Source of the DNA: Candidatus Aenigmatarchaeota archaeon
Lineage (GTDB): Archaea > Aenigmatarchaeota > Aenigmatarchaeia > Aenigmatarchaeales > JACQIB01
Reading direction: 5' to 3'
DNA: 64,000 bases
NCBI GenBank assembly: GCA_016198755.1
Contig: JACQIB010000004.1
Span: forward strand, 1 to 64,000
This document shows positions 49,624 to 61,600 of the stretch, in pieces. Within the stretch, counting starts at the first letter, position 1. Each line of letters opens with the position of its first letter. Below the pieces are notes generated by a model. It did no database searches, had not been told where the DNA came from, and saw nothing but the letters and a program-made list of their open reading frames with translations. A program made the position numbers and the translations under genes.

Positions 49624-49669
49624 AAGGCTCAAGCCCTGATTTATATTCTACCCCACAGCTATTTTTCTA

Positions 49670-50794
49670 ATGCCCCGCAGAAAAACCCGCAGGAAAGCCT
49701 CAGCCAAGAAAACAGTTCCAAAAATAAACTCTTTTGTTTCCAACCTATCATTCCTTTACAGGAACGCAAAAAAGGAAATCTGGCTTATGTCAGTCTTGTT
49801 TATTATTGGTATGGTTCTGCCCCTCTTTCTTCCAGTAGAGCAGAAAGCAGAGGCCCTCTCAAGTTTTTCAGATAAAAAAGAAATATTTTCCTTTTTTCCA
49901 GATAAACTCTTATTATTCTTTCTCCCAGCCATCTTGTTCCTGAACAACAGTTACGTTTCTGTACTATCCTTTATTTTCGGCTTCCTCTCCCCCTATCTAA
50001 TATTTAACAATGGTTTTATTGTTGGTTCATTGTTCGATGCCTTGAGCAAAACAGCTCCTGCCTTTCCCAACATCTACCTCCTTCCAATTGTTTCAGTCCT
50101 TCCCCACGCATGGTTAGAGATACCAGCGTTTATTTTGGCAGCAGCTTATGGGCTGCGCACATGGGAAAAAATAGCCTTTTCCAGCAGAATAGAGCCAAAA
50201 TTAAGTAGGTTAAAATTCTTTTTCAAGTACATAGAACCTTTATTCAAAGCTGTTGTGCCAATGCTAATAGCTGCAGCCTTAATTGAAACCTATGTTTCCG
50301 GAGTGCTCGGTGCAGTTATTCCAATAATTCCTGAACATAATCCAGGTAATCTAACAAACCTCCTGCTCACGCAGCAGGACCTTGCAAGCGCAGGTTTTAA
50401 TCTAAACAAAACCCAGCTCCCCTCAATTTTCAGTGATGTTACATCAATGTACAGTAAAAGCTTTCCAGAAGCCCTGAAAATAGAATCGCGCAGCCAGCGC
50501 GACTCAAATTATTTTTCCAATAAAAACACAACTCTTCTTATAACTGTTGTTAAAACAGACGAAGCTGAAAAGCTGGTGCAGCTGCGCAGGGAAATAGCAT
50601 TATTCAAGCTCAGCTTCTACAAGAACCATACTCTCGAGGACTTCGAAACCTATAGTTTGGCAAAAACAGACAAAAAGTTATATTATTTTTCCTTTACAAC
50701 CAAGAACGATTATGCAGTTTTAATAACACTCTGGTCCACAGCTCCGCAGGACTTTCAGAAAATAATCGAGTTGCAGAGGGGAAAGCTTACCTAG
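49670..50794 (+). CDS. SpoIIM/DUF95 family membrane protein with C-terminal extension
   Basis: FLNN...FNNGFIVG...LPHAWLEIPA...AALIETYVS. Confidence 0.8.
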   Translation: MPRRKTRRKASAKKTVPKINSFVSNLSFLYRNAKKEIWLMSVLFIIGMVLPLFLPVEQKAEALSSFSDKKEIFSFFPDKLLLFFLPAILFLNNSYVSVLSFIFGFLSPYLIFNNGFIVGSLFDALSKTAPAFPNIYLLPIVSVLPHAWLEIPAFILAAAYGLRTWEKIAFSSRIEPKLSRLKFFFKYIEPLFKAVVPMLIAAALIETYVSGVLGAVIPIIPEHNPGNLTNLLLTQQDLASAGFNLNKTQLPSIFSDVTSMYSKSFPEALKIESRSQRDSNYFSNKNTTLLITVVKTDEAEKLVQLRREIALFKLSFYKNHTLEDFETYSLAKTDKKLYYFSFTTKNDYAVLITLWSTAPQDFQKIIELQRGKLT

Positions 50795-50812
50795 GCAATA
50801 TTAAGGCGGAAA

Positions 50813-53800
50813 TTACTTTGAATTCCCCTCATTGTACAAATCATTTCTAACCAGCTCTTCTACAGCTATAGCAGCAGGGAACAATACACCTTTTTTCATA
50901 AATTCTTCATATTTCTTCTCCACAGACAGTGCAGCGTCCAGAAAATCCTTATCTCCTGTAACTACCGCCTGCTCCCTCAGTTGTTTAACCAAAAACCTGT
51001 AAAAATCATAAGAATCCTTCCCAATATTATTTGCATACCTGTTATGTACAAAGTCTATGGCACCCAGGTTATTTTTAGCTGCAAAAATATCTGCAGTTAC
51101 CTCATCCAGTGCCCCAACATCATCTACAATTTTATTCATTATCCAGTTCCTTACTTTTTCGGATTTTATATTGAAATAATATATCCAGAAATTTTCGCTT
51201 TCAAGAGCAGCCTTATGCCCAATTTCATGCTTGGCAACAAACCTCGGTACACTTTCTCCAAGCCAATCCTTTACATCACTTTTTAACTCGCTTATAGGCT
51301 TAGTATAAAAGCTGATTTTTTCTGCACTGTTCCCAAACCACCATGTAGTTTGTATTCCACCGACATTCTTTTTATAATCGGACGCCATAGTCCTCCCATA
51401 AATTGTCGTATCCAAAAAGTGTCCCGAACTCTCAGAAAACTCATATTTTGTGCCTTTCTTTAAGTCAGGCAACTCTGCTTCAATTTCTCCAACATTCTTT
51501 ATCATTGCCAATTTTATCCCAGATCCAACAGTTTTTGCACTACTACCCGACAACTCTATAATACCTCCCCCAGTTTTCACAATAACTATCTTGTCTATAC
51601 CTTCCCATTCTGGCATATCCAACTTGTTTGCCAAATCAGATGCCATATTTTCTATGTCTTCCGAACTTATATGAGAGTCCTCTCCAACTTCTATTAAAAC
51701 TGTCTTTGTTTTTCCCTCATAGCGTTTTAGCTGCTGCGCCTTTACGCTTATTCTTTTATAGATGGCATCTGCAACATTTTCTTTGCCAGAATCCCTACCA
51801 ATTCTCGAGTGCTCCACAATCTCATCACCCACTTCAAAATCAGGCCCAGATTTATTTTTCTCGCTTAATATTATCTTTTCCGGGTCTGTTATTGGTTGCT
51901 TTTTATTCGCTATATATCTAGCAAACGCTTCCCTACCCTCTCCATTCTGATTTTTCTCTACAGTCAATATTTTTTTCATTACCTTTGCTGCACCTTCTGC
52001 CTCTTTCTCTGTTAATTTTCTTCCCACATTAACTTCAATTTCCTTTACCAGTCTTCCAACATCATCCCCATATTTTTCTATTATAGTGGCAATAGTTTTC
52101 TCGTTCTTTAGAGTATTAAAAAAAAGTTTTATGGCTTCCGGTAGGTTTTTTATACCTCCCAATGATTTCAAAATCTCCCCCCCAAAGAACAACTGTACAA
52201 TATCCCCGACAAATCTGCCCTTGTTTTCTGCAGATGAGCTGTAATACTCTGCCATACCCTTGCTTAATTCTTTCAATCCTTCCAAAACTTCAATTGGATG
52301 TCCTAATACCCATAGGCCAGCCTTTCCAACAGACACCAAAACACTTGCAATATCTCCTATAGGATCCTGCGAGTTTTTCAGCCAATTTGAAAGATATGCT
52401 GGAAAGTCTGAAATAACGAATTTTCCAGCCAAAACAAGGCTCTTAAAAGAATCGAAAAAGGATTTGAGGAATCCTCCGAGAAATTCAAGCCCATCTTTTA
52501 TGAGCTGTGTGGCTCTATCATAGTAAACCATATAAGTAGAATATTCCACAGGCTTTAACCTCTCCTCCTCTGATTGATTCAGAAAATCGTTCCATTCCAA
52601 AGCTATTGTTTCCATGCTTACGCCTTCCTCAATCATCCTTAGCACTTCATCTTTCGTTTCCCCATAAAGATCTTCCTTTGCCTTTTTAGAAAAATAGTTC
52701 CTGTTCCACTCATCCTGCAGCCTAAGCTCCTCCTTCCACTTCTTAGCTATATAGTCCTTTTTGCTCTCCCTTAGATTTTTATAATATGCTTTTGTTTCTG
52801 TGAAAAGTTTGCTGTCTTTCCCAATCCTGCTGCTTATGCCAGACTTTTTTGGCTGGGAATCCCACTCCACCATCTCCCCGTCTGGAGGCAATACAGCTTC
52901 CTCCTCTTGTTCAGGCGTCCATATTTTGGGAAGTTCTGGCGGGTTTCCAAAATCGATATGTCTGTTTTCTGCCCTCTTTGTTTGAACCGGCAGAATAAAA
53001 TCCACTAGTTTTCCTACCGGAGTTATTGTAACATTCTTTTCCGGACTTTTTACTTCAGGCAAGACTGTGCTTAAAACTTCTGTTACGCGTTCAATAGGGG
53101 ACTTGACAAGCTCAACAGCAGGTTTTATTGCGCGGAAAATAGGCGTTGCCATATCTTTAACAGTTTCAATAACTCCAGAAACCGCTTTTTTAACTGGTTT
53201 CAAAAGATCTGAAAAAAAGCCCTTAAAATCATCTATAACAGGCTTTACAGTTTCAATTGCTTTAGACACAAAATCATTAGCAGTATGCAAAATGCCAGTG
53301 AAAACATCCTTAACGCTGTTAACTATATTTGGGATAATGGGAATTGTTTTTTGTATATCGTTTACAACAGCTTCAAAATTGCTGACGATATTTGAAACAG
53401 GGATGCGCACAGGATCTTCTGTAATCACTGCACGTTTTCTTATATAGTTGTCCCAGGCAGCGCTTGCTTTCAACCTTTCAGCCGTTTCAGTATCAAATCT
53501 CCTTGACCAATACCCATCTTTCTCCTGCTCTATGAAAGACAGAACTGTTTTTGCCTTGTTTTTTAGATATGCTCCGTAGGCTGTGAATCCTGATTTTATG
53601 TTTTTTATCCTCCCTTTCCCTGCAAAAATTCCTATAGCATAAGCTCCGGCTGCCACAGCAGCTGCCCCCGCAGCCAGTGGAAATACAGCTATATCATTGT
53701 TTCCATTTGTCCCTTCATTATTAGACCCGCTGTCCTGTACAAATGGGGACACAACAGCAGCAGCCTCAGGCTCCTCTATATCAAACTCCATCTTCCATAC

Positions 53801-55633
53801 AGTTTTCTTCGGCAGCTCAGAAACCTTTACTGTTTTAAAATCCCTCTTTTCCAGCCAGCAGTAATCATTATGGTTTAAATTTCTCGATCCAGGGCTTGGA
53901 TATGTTTCCTCATTGTCAGAATACCCATAGTTGCAGAATGAGCTCGCATAATCCATGTTAACGCTGCCACAATTATCAGAGCCTGTTATAGTATTCCCAT
54001 TCCTATCGAAAATAATCTGTTTTGTCGTTATATTCCCTACAGGTTCCTGATTTGCACACAAAGTTTCTATATGTTCCCTATAATATCCAGGTCCCTGATT
54101 AAACAGATATCTCAACTGTTTAACAAAATCTGTTTTCCAATAATCAAGAGTATCATCCAAACCATACTTTTCCTTTGGATTTTTATAGGACATTATAGCC
54201 GGTATTTCTATCTGCTTCAGTTCCAGTTTGTAGTGGCCGCCAGAGGAAGTGTCAACTGAAAAATACTGCTGCGGGATGTTTATGATAGAATAATAATGGT
54301 ATCTGGTGTTTGGAGTATAATAGGGATCATAAACGTTCTCATATCTGGTAACTGTTCCAGAATTCCAGTTAAAGGTTTTCAATGTCTCTTCTGTTCCATT
54401 AGGATATGTTATTGTATAGTAGAAAAGGTGCTGGTTTTTGCTATAATAATTCTTGCCTGCAATCTGGTTTTCCGTTATCTCAGAAAACGAATAGGGATAG
54501 GAATTGAAACTGCTGTATTGGTACTTTCCTGGGCTGTACCAGTCTCTCAGGAGTGCTGAAAATGAAGGTGTTGTTATAGGCTCCTCTTCCCCCCCAACAG
54601 AAACAGCCGGTTCAATAACAGAGTACTTCCTTAACCTTATCGTATCTATAAACCCTCCAATACCCTTATCAGCAAGGCAGTCTGAATCCCCCCAAGTTTC
54701 TATTCTCTGTGTTGGATGATCATCATCCACCCGTTTATTTCCCACTTTCCTGATTCCATCTATAGAAATATCAGCATAAGTCCCATCTGTCTTATAGCTG
54801 ATCTGATACCATTTGTTTGGCTCATAATAGCCGCCATCATACCAGTTATCTTTCCAATATCCCTCGTACAAATGACTGGAATAACCCCAATGGCTCACTG
54901 GAATTTCATTTGCTCCACACCTTCCAAACTGCAAAATCGCAGGGCGCGAGCCAGTTCCAATGTTAAGAGCGCCTGCTGTTTGATTTGGGTACAATTCCAG
55001 ATCCAAAACAAACTTTTTCAGCTGTTCTGGCAGAATAGTGTATGAAGGTTCTGCATTATCCGCGGTTCCCTGTACAAGCATACTGTTCTCTCCGCGGAAA
55101 GCTTCCAAATCTGAAACGCTCACATCTGCAAATGCCGAATCCACCCACCCCTGTGGTTGCCTATCTTTGAAATCTGCAGATTCCTTATCAAAATCCTGGT
55201 AAAAATCAAAAGTTTCCTTCCCACTGCTCCCATATTCAGGAATCTCAGCTCCATAGTAGGCATATATATTTTTTTCTCCCCCCGCGGGGATATTATCAAC
55301 TTTAACCCAGAAAACAGTCTCTTTTGTCCCGCAGGTTAAATAGTCTACCCAGAAAGGATAGGGTTTTGTCCAGCTGGAGTTGTCAAAGCTTTTAGAATCC
55401 GTAAACCTTACATCAGCACATGAAGGTGAAATTTTGTCCTCAGCCAAAAGCCTTTCCGTATCCAGTGTAATTTTTACCTGAAAATCCGCAAGCTCCTGTC
55501 CGCTATTCTTTATTGTTATTGGAACTCTATAATCAAACCCTGCAGCAAAAGCTGGAAGGGAAATAAAAATAGAGAAAATAATAAAACAGACCAAAAACTG
55601 CAATTGACGTATTTTTGTTACCAATGTCCCCAC
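50813..55633 (-). CDS. P4: polymorphic toxin-like protein (DUF2341 + ConA-like, shared Cys domain, SPFVQDSG-TM, CdiA-CT-like restriction-endonuclease fold, HExxH zincin)
   Basis: YRVPITI...ADVRFTD...WVKV..IP...IYAYYG (DUF2341). SPFVQDSG...VFPLAAG. GPDFEVGDEIVEH...KAQQ...IDKIVIVK. HEIGH domain homologous to P1. Confidence 0.8.
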   Translation of the reverse strand: MGTLVTKIRQLQFLVCFIIFSIFISLPAFAAGFDYRVPITIKNSGQELADFQVKITLDTERLLAEDKISPSCADVRFTDSKSFDNSSWTKPYPFWVDYLTCGTKETVFWVKVDNIPAGGEKNIYAYYGAEIPEYGSSGKETFDFYQDFDKESADFKDRQPQGWVDSAFADVSVSDLEAFRGENSMLVQGTADNAEPSYTILPEQLKKFVLDLELYPNQTAGALNIGTGSRPAILQFGRCGANEIPVSHWGYSSHLYEGYWKDNWYDGGYYEPNKWYQISYKTDGTYADISIDGIRKVGNKRVDDDHPTQRIETWGDSDCLADKGIGGFIDTIRLRKYSVIEPAVSVGGEEEPITTPSFSALLRDWYSPGKYQYSSFNSYPYSFSEITENQIAGKNYYSKNQHLFYYTITYPNGTEETLKTFNWNSGTVTRYENVYDPYYTPNTRYHYYSIINIPQQYFSVDTSSGGHYKLELKQIEIPAIMSYKNPKEKYGLDDTLDYWKTDFVKQLRYLFNQGPGYYREHIETLCANQEPVGNITTKQIIFDRNGNTITGSDNCGSVNMDYASSFCNYGYSDNEETYPSPGSRNLNHNDYCWLEKRDFKTVKVSELPKKTVWKMEFDIEEPEAAAVVSPFVQDSGSNNEGTNGNNDIAVFPLAAGAAAVAAGAYAIGIFAGKGRIKNIKSGFTAYGAYLKNKAKTVLSFIEQEKDGYWSRRFDTETAERLKASAAWDNYIRKRAVITEDPVRIPVSNIVSNFEAVVNDIQKTIPIIPNIVNSVKDVFTGILHTANDFVSKAIETVKPVIDDFKGFFSDLLKPVKKAVSGVIETVKDMATPIFRAIKPAVELVKSPIERVTEVLSTVLPEVKSPEKNVTITPVGKLVDFILPVQTKRAENRHIDFGNPPELPKIWTPEQEEEAVLPPDGEMVEWDSQPKKSGISSRIGKDSKLFTETKAYYKNLRESKKDYIAKKWKEELRLQDEWNRNYFSKKAKEDLYGETKDEVLRMIEEGVSMETIALEWNDFLNQSEEERLKPVEYSTYMVYYDRATQLIKDGLEFLGGFLKSFFDSFKSLVLAGKFVISDFPAYLSNWLKNSQDPIGDIASVLVSVGKAGLWVLGHPIEVLEGLKELSKGMAEYYSSSAENKGRFVGDIVQLFFGGEILKSLGGIKNLPEAIKLFFNTLKNEKTIATIIEKYGDDVGRLVKEIEVNVGRKLTEKEAEGAAKVMKKILTVEKNQNGEGREAFARYIANKKQPITDPEKIILSEKNKSGPDFEVGDEIVEHSRIGRDSGKENVADAIYKRISVKAQQLKRYEGKTKTVLIEVGEDSHISSEDIENMASDLANKLDMPEWEGIDKIVIVKTGGGIIELSGSSAKTVGSGIKLAMIKNVGEIEAELPDLKKGTKYEFSESSGHFLDTTIYGRTMASDYKKNVGGIQTTWWFGNSAEKISFYTKPISELKSDVKDWLGESVPRFVAKHEIGHKAALESENFWIYYFNIKSEKVRNWIMNKIVDDVGALDEVTADIFAAKNNLGAIDFVHNRYANNIGKDSYDFYRFLVKQLREQAVVTGDKDFLDAALSVEKKYEEFMKKGVLFPAAIAVEELVRNDLYNEGNSK

Positions 55634-55686
55634 GCACTATTAGTTATCTAAGCATAAAAATAGCTGCTTTTTATCATACGACACTC

Positions 55687-58600
55687 TTAGCGCGGCAATA
55701 TATCCATTAACTGATCCTGCACTTCCCCAGCTTCAGCTTCACTCCCAACTTTCCCTTTGTCTATTGTATTGGTTAGCCAATTGTCCATAATATCCTTTGC
55801 TTCATTGTAGTCGGCTTCGCTGACTTTACCTTTATTTATTAAAGCTTTTATCGGTATGTGCGCTTGGTTAGCAAGCCTGCTATCCCCAGTTCTTTTAGCC
55901 AAAAGCTCCGCAGAAATAATACTTTCAATCTGAGTGGCAGAAAACTGCCTGTCAATATTTTCATTCAAAGCATCCGTTATATCAGCTACCCTGTAATTTA
56001 CCATATCCTTGAATACCTTATCCCCAGCCTTTACTCTAACTAACGCATCAGCTTCCAGTTCATTGAACCAGGTTTTGCTTCCGTGTTCGAATTTCTCCAT
56101 ATAGAAACCTAGATTTCCTTCAAATCTATTCTTTGCAATAAACACATGTCCCATTTCGTGTGCGAAAACAAAGTCTATTACCCTAGGCACTATTGGCGTT
56201 GAGCTTCCAATCCTTATTGTATCAAAGTTTGCCTGTGCAAATGTTCCCTTCTCAACATCCCCCACAACAATTTTATTTGGACTAAACCCAAAGTTTTTCT
56301 CCTGCTTTCTAACAGCTTCCTGCAGCACTTCAAAATCCTCTTTATTGAGTGAGGATAGAGGTTTGTCCCTGCGTATAACACCTACCGCAGCTTCTCCAAA
56401 TGCAAAAACAGACCTGTCTAAAATAGCATTCACTGCGTTGTCCATATCCTCTATAATACCCCCATACCTCCTCTTTCCCTCCTCATTCGCCAGAACCATT
56501 TTCGCAAGTTCGTGATGTGTGGTAAACAACCCCCCAAGGTTCAATGTCATTTTTGCAAAATCAGTTTCCAGTTTTGTGAAAGTTGAAAGGGTATTGGAAG
56601 TCTTTAAGTCAACACCAAGCTCCATGAGATTGTTTCCTTTGACAACAACAATTTTGTCTATGTTTTCCCAACCAAAAGAATCTGCAGTTTTTAAGTCTTC
56701 TAACATATCTTTAGCATCATCCAAATCAAATTTAGATTTTTCTTCTATTTCTATAAGAACAGTCCTTGTTTTGTCCTTTACATATTTTAACTGTTCTGAC
56801 TTGTTTCTTAATCTCCAAGTAATATCTCTGTATTCTGCAGGTGTTCCTATTTTTGTATGTTCTATAACTTCCCCAGGAATTCCATAATCCAATAGTTTTG
56901 GACCGGCTTTAGGTTCTATAACTAAGTCCATGGTGTTGGTTATTGGGACGTCTTTAGTTGCCAGATATTTTGAAACAGCTTCCCTACCTTCCATGAGTTT
57001 TCCTGTAGAATCTCTTGATTCTAACAGTTTTTTACTAACCTTTGTAATGTCTTCAATTTCCTCTTTTCCAAATTTCCTCCCAGATATTTTAACAGTCTGT
57101 TCAACAACTCTTGCAACTTCTACTCCATAGCTCTTGGTTATTTGTTTTAAAATACTTTTAGTCAATCCTGACCCTTTCAGCAACTCTTTGGCCCCCTTAC
57201 TCCCAACACCGCCACCAATAAGACCTAATGGTGCGAACATAGCTCTAGTGGTATCGTCCTCATCAGCTCTTCCAACACTCTCCTTTGCTCCATAAACAGC
57301 CAAATCAGCAGCAGAACTCACAGCTCCCAGCCCAATACCAGCAGCTAGTATTGGAATTCCTATACCACCAACAGGAGTCAACACAACCCCTGCTGCTATC
57401 AACCCAATACCAATCAATCCCATCGCATCTGCAGATTTCTTTATTTCCTCGCTCTTATCTACAACAAAGTCTCTAGCACTGTTCACAGCATTTATAATAG
57501 GCTGCCCAATCAAAGGAATCTTTCCTACAGTATCCAGCACTCCACCAACAAGCTTCTTTGCATTCCCCAGAACATTCCCAAAGAAGCCCATAACATTATC
57601 CAAAATTCCCTTTGGCTCAGCCTTTGCTGGAGCCGAAACTAAAGGTGCAGCAGGTTTTCCTAGCTCAGGAGTATAAACAACAGCAGGCCTTGCTTCAAGT
57701 TGACTCTGTATTTGCATTCCTAAGCCAGCTAACTGCGCAGACAGCTCTTTGTTATCAGAATTCTCAGACAAATACTGCATTCTTTCCACAAACCAGCCAG
57801 GATCCCCCTTTCCAGACTTTAACATGTCTATTGCTTCCTGCGCTTGGTTAGCAGCCCAGATAGTTTGTTTATTTTCCTCAAGCCACTGGGCTTTCTGTTT
57901 CTCAGCCTGTGCTGCATTGAATTGTGCCCACATTGCAGCTTCAGCTCTCATCCTAGCCTCCCAAAGCTTTACCCAGTATCCATTTTTCTCTTCCTGTATA
58001 AAGTCTAAAATTTCCTTTGATCTTTTCAAAAGATTATTCCCATAATCTGTAAACCCTTCCTTTATTCCAGTTATAACTTTTCCAGTACGTGGGCTCCTGC
58101 TTAGCAAAACAATTCCGCCTGCTCCCGCAGCAAGCACAGCTCCGGCAGCTAATGGGATTGCTGCGCCTCCTGCTGCCCCAGCATTTTCATTCCCTGTCCC
58201 GCCCCCTCCAGAATCCTGAATGAACGGGTTTGAAATAAAGTTTTCAGCTACTCCAGTATCCCCGTTATCATAGCTTACAAATATTGGCTGTGAGAATGTA
58301 TCATTCCTCTCATCTGCCCGTGCAACAAATTCTAAAGTATAATCTCCCTCTTCTTGTGGTGAGAACAGGAAAGGATAAGTTGTACTACTCAATTTGGGAA
58401 TATTTAAACTCTCTATATCAGTTTCTGCTTTGTATATTCTAACTTCGTCTATAGCACCCTTGAAGTATTCGTTGTTATTCCAAAAGCCAGCTCCAATAGC
58501 CTGCTGCCTGTTTGTTTTAACCTTCCCTGTCATTGGCCTTTCAAAGTCCAGCTTCCCATCAACATACCCGCGTGCATATACACCATCATAAACATACTCC

Positions 58601-61600
58601 ATCTTGTGCCATTCCCCATTGGAAACAATATTTTGCCCTCCCCCATTATAGAACTGGCCATTTTCTGTTGTTAGGTGGTAGCGCAGAGTGTTTCCGCCAG
58701 CTGTAGCAGCAACCCCAACATCAGTCCAATCCGGCCCGCTTCCATATATCCATCTCCATGTACCGAAATCATCCACCTTGAACCATGCTTCTATTTTGAA
58801 CCCACTCAAGCCATTCAGAATGTTTGGCACTTCAATTCTCTGTTTGCCATCAAAACTGGCAGCCTGCCCTGAAAATCCTCCTGTAAACACAGCCGTATTA
58901 TTAACAATTATTCTAAAATCAGAGATTGTTCCTATGTAGTATTCGTTCTTGTTCCATGTACCAGCCCCGATAGCCTGCTGGCGGGAAGTCTTTACCTTCC
59001 CGGTTATCTGCCTTGAAAAGTCTAATTTCCCGTCTATATACCCTGCTACAACATTTCCATCATACACATATCTCAGATGGTATACTTTTCCTGGAACAAG
59101 TTGGGTTATCCCATTCCCATCATAGAATGCGCTGTTTTCTGTTGTCATGTGGTAGCGCAAAATGTCCCCGCCAGCCGTAATAGCAACCCCAACATCAGTC
59201 AAATCCGGCCCATTCCCATATATCCACTGCCAGTTTGCCTGTTTATTGTATGTAAAATATGTATTTATCTCGAAATTCCCAAGTCCGTTTATGACATTTG
59301 GAACATCCATTTTCTCAGAGCCACCAAAAGCAATATTACCCATGGCAGAATACAAAACTGTCCCAATAAGATTGCCATTTCTCTCCCCAATGCTGTCTAT
59401 AAAGTTCCCATCAAAGCTCCAGTTTGCTAATAGTGTGTATTTCGGGGGCGTGCGGTTTTTGGAGAGCATATTTGAAATATACGCATTCATGTCCATCGGG
59501 CCCTGCGGTCGCATCCCAACAAGGTAAGTATTGTCTCCATAAGCAGGCTGCAAAAGCTCGGGGTTAGAAAAATCGCTTTTCAGAACCAAATCCCCTTTAT
59601 CTACAGTCAACTCAGAAAGCAGGAAAGAAACCCTCAACTCCCCAAGAGCACGCACTTCAGCACTCCCAGGCTCCGGAGGCTGGCTCAATGCCTGCTCCAT
59701 TACTTTATTTCCATCCAGAAGCCAGACAACCTTGTCTTTGTAAACATCCAGTTCAAATGTGTGTTCTGTTCCTGACAAGTCCCCTAAAAATACTGATGGA
59801 GGCCACTGCTGCCCAACAGGTATTACATCAGAGACAGCATAGAGTCTCCTGTACCATCCATCCCAGAAAAATCCCAGAAAGTTGTTCATAGGGAAATTTT
59901 CTTTGGTTCTGTACATCATTTGTATATTGTTATAGTTCAGCTCACTATACCCAGCTTCTATAGTTCCTTTCCATTTGATTTTTACAGGATAACCAAATTT
60001 ATCCTGTGTTTTGAAAGTTGCAGAGCTACTATACCAGCCGCATCCATTAGGATCACCACCACACCCATGTCTATCATATCGTGATTCTGGTGAAGGTTGT
60101 GCCGGGAAATTTGTGCCTCCGGAAAGCTTTAGTTTTCCATTCTGCAAAATATAGGGTTTCCCCCACTCGGGCTCTGAAATTATAGAGAATGTATAGCTTG
60201 AATATTTATCCACTGCAGCTTGGTTGCTTGCAGTAAAGTTCAGGAATTTATCTCCCCCATTAATATTTCCTGTAATCTGTCCGTCTCCCAAATCTATTTG
60301 GAACTCTTTTAGCTGGAATTCCACTGAACCCCCATAAGCTATTATTCCAATTCTCGAAGCTGGCAGCGGGTTTGATAGCGCTACTTCGTTAATCTTGTTC
60401 CCATCCAAAAACCAGACAAGCTTATCCTTCAAAACCTGCAGTTCATATGTGTGTTCTTTGTTGACTTCTGGCTGGCCCAAATTAACATTACCCACGTAGT
60501 TTGTATTCATAGCACCGCTATCAAAGGTACCAAGATAAAAACCAATAAAATTCCCATTATTATGTCCCATTGAAAAATCTTCTTGATCCCCATAGACCAT
60601 ATTCACCATACCAGCCTGGTAAAAAGCATATTTTCCCTTCCACTTTATTTTTAGCGGATATGAAAATTTATCAGTTGTAATTATTTTCCTGTATCCTATA
60701 CCATCGTTTGTTATTTTCATAAATGATGTATCCCCCTTTACTTCAGCTCCGAGCTTCAAATAAGAATATTTTTCTTTTGTTTCTTCCGCGGTCTGCGTTT
60801 TCCAAACATTCATTATCAGGCCCGCGGGCTCAGAAGTGTTAATAAAAAAGAAAGCATCCTCAGCAGGCCTGAAAGCAGGATTTGTTTTGCACTCTATATC
60901 CCCGCAAGCTTTAACAGCAGTTATTGTTAAGGGCTGTTTAACATCAAACTCGTGAGTCCAAATAACCCCAACCTGCAAATCCTTTACTTTAATCTTTTCA
61001 AAATTATTTCTTTCAATCCAGCATTTGTCTGTTCTGGCGTGGTTTACATAGCTTCCATACCTGTCATTTTCCGTATATTCATAATAATTATATTTACATA
61101 CATAGCCTGAAGCAGGATTCATGTTATAGTTCCCGCAGCTTGTTGTAGGGTAATTTATTGGGCCATATCTGTTTACTGTCACAGCTGTTTTCAGAGTAAT
61201 GTTACCAACAGGTCCCTCTGCTGCACAATTTTCATCCCTATACTCTCTCCACCAATCCCCATTGTTCCATGAAGAGGAATAGTACATCGTGTTTATGGTT
61301 TCTGCCCGCCATTTATCCAGCTTATCCTCAAGATTATAATTTTCCATTGGGTTCTTAGACAACATTATTTTCGGTATTTCAACCCTTCTCAATTCCACTT
61401 TATAATGTCCATAATCCGATATATCGGCAGTAAGATTCATAGCTGTGATATCTATTTTTGAAGTATAGTGGTACCTGTATTCCGGTATCCACTCAGGAGT
61501 CATTTTCACATAATCAGAACTCGTTGCATCTGCAGTGTTTATTCTCTGCTCATAGAGAACCTTTTCAGTACCGTTAGGATAAACCAGAACATAATAGAAA

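Larger units (their letters stand above)
49040..49639 (+). mobile_element. TA minicassette bounded by direct repeats of the aspS 3' end (49040-49060 and 49619-49639)
   Basis: CCCGAAAGGCTCAAACCTTGA vs CCTGAAAGGCTCAAGCCCTGA; both encode PERLKP*. Confidence 0.6.
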
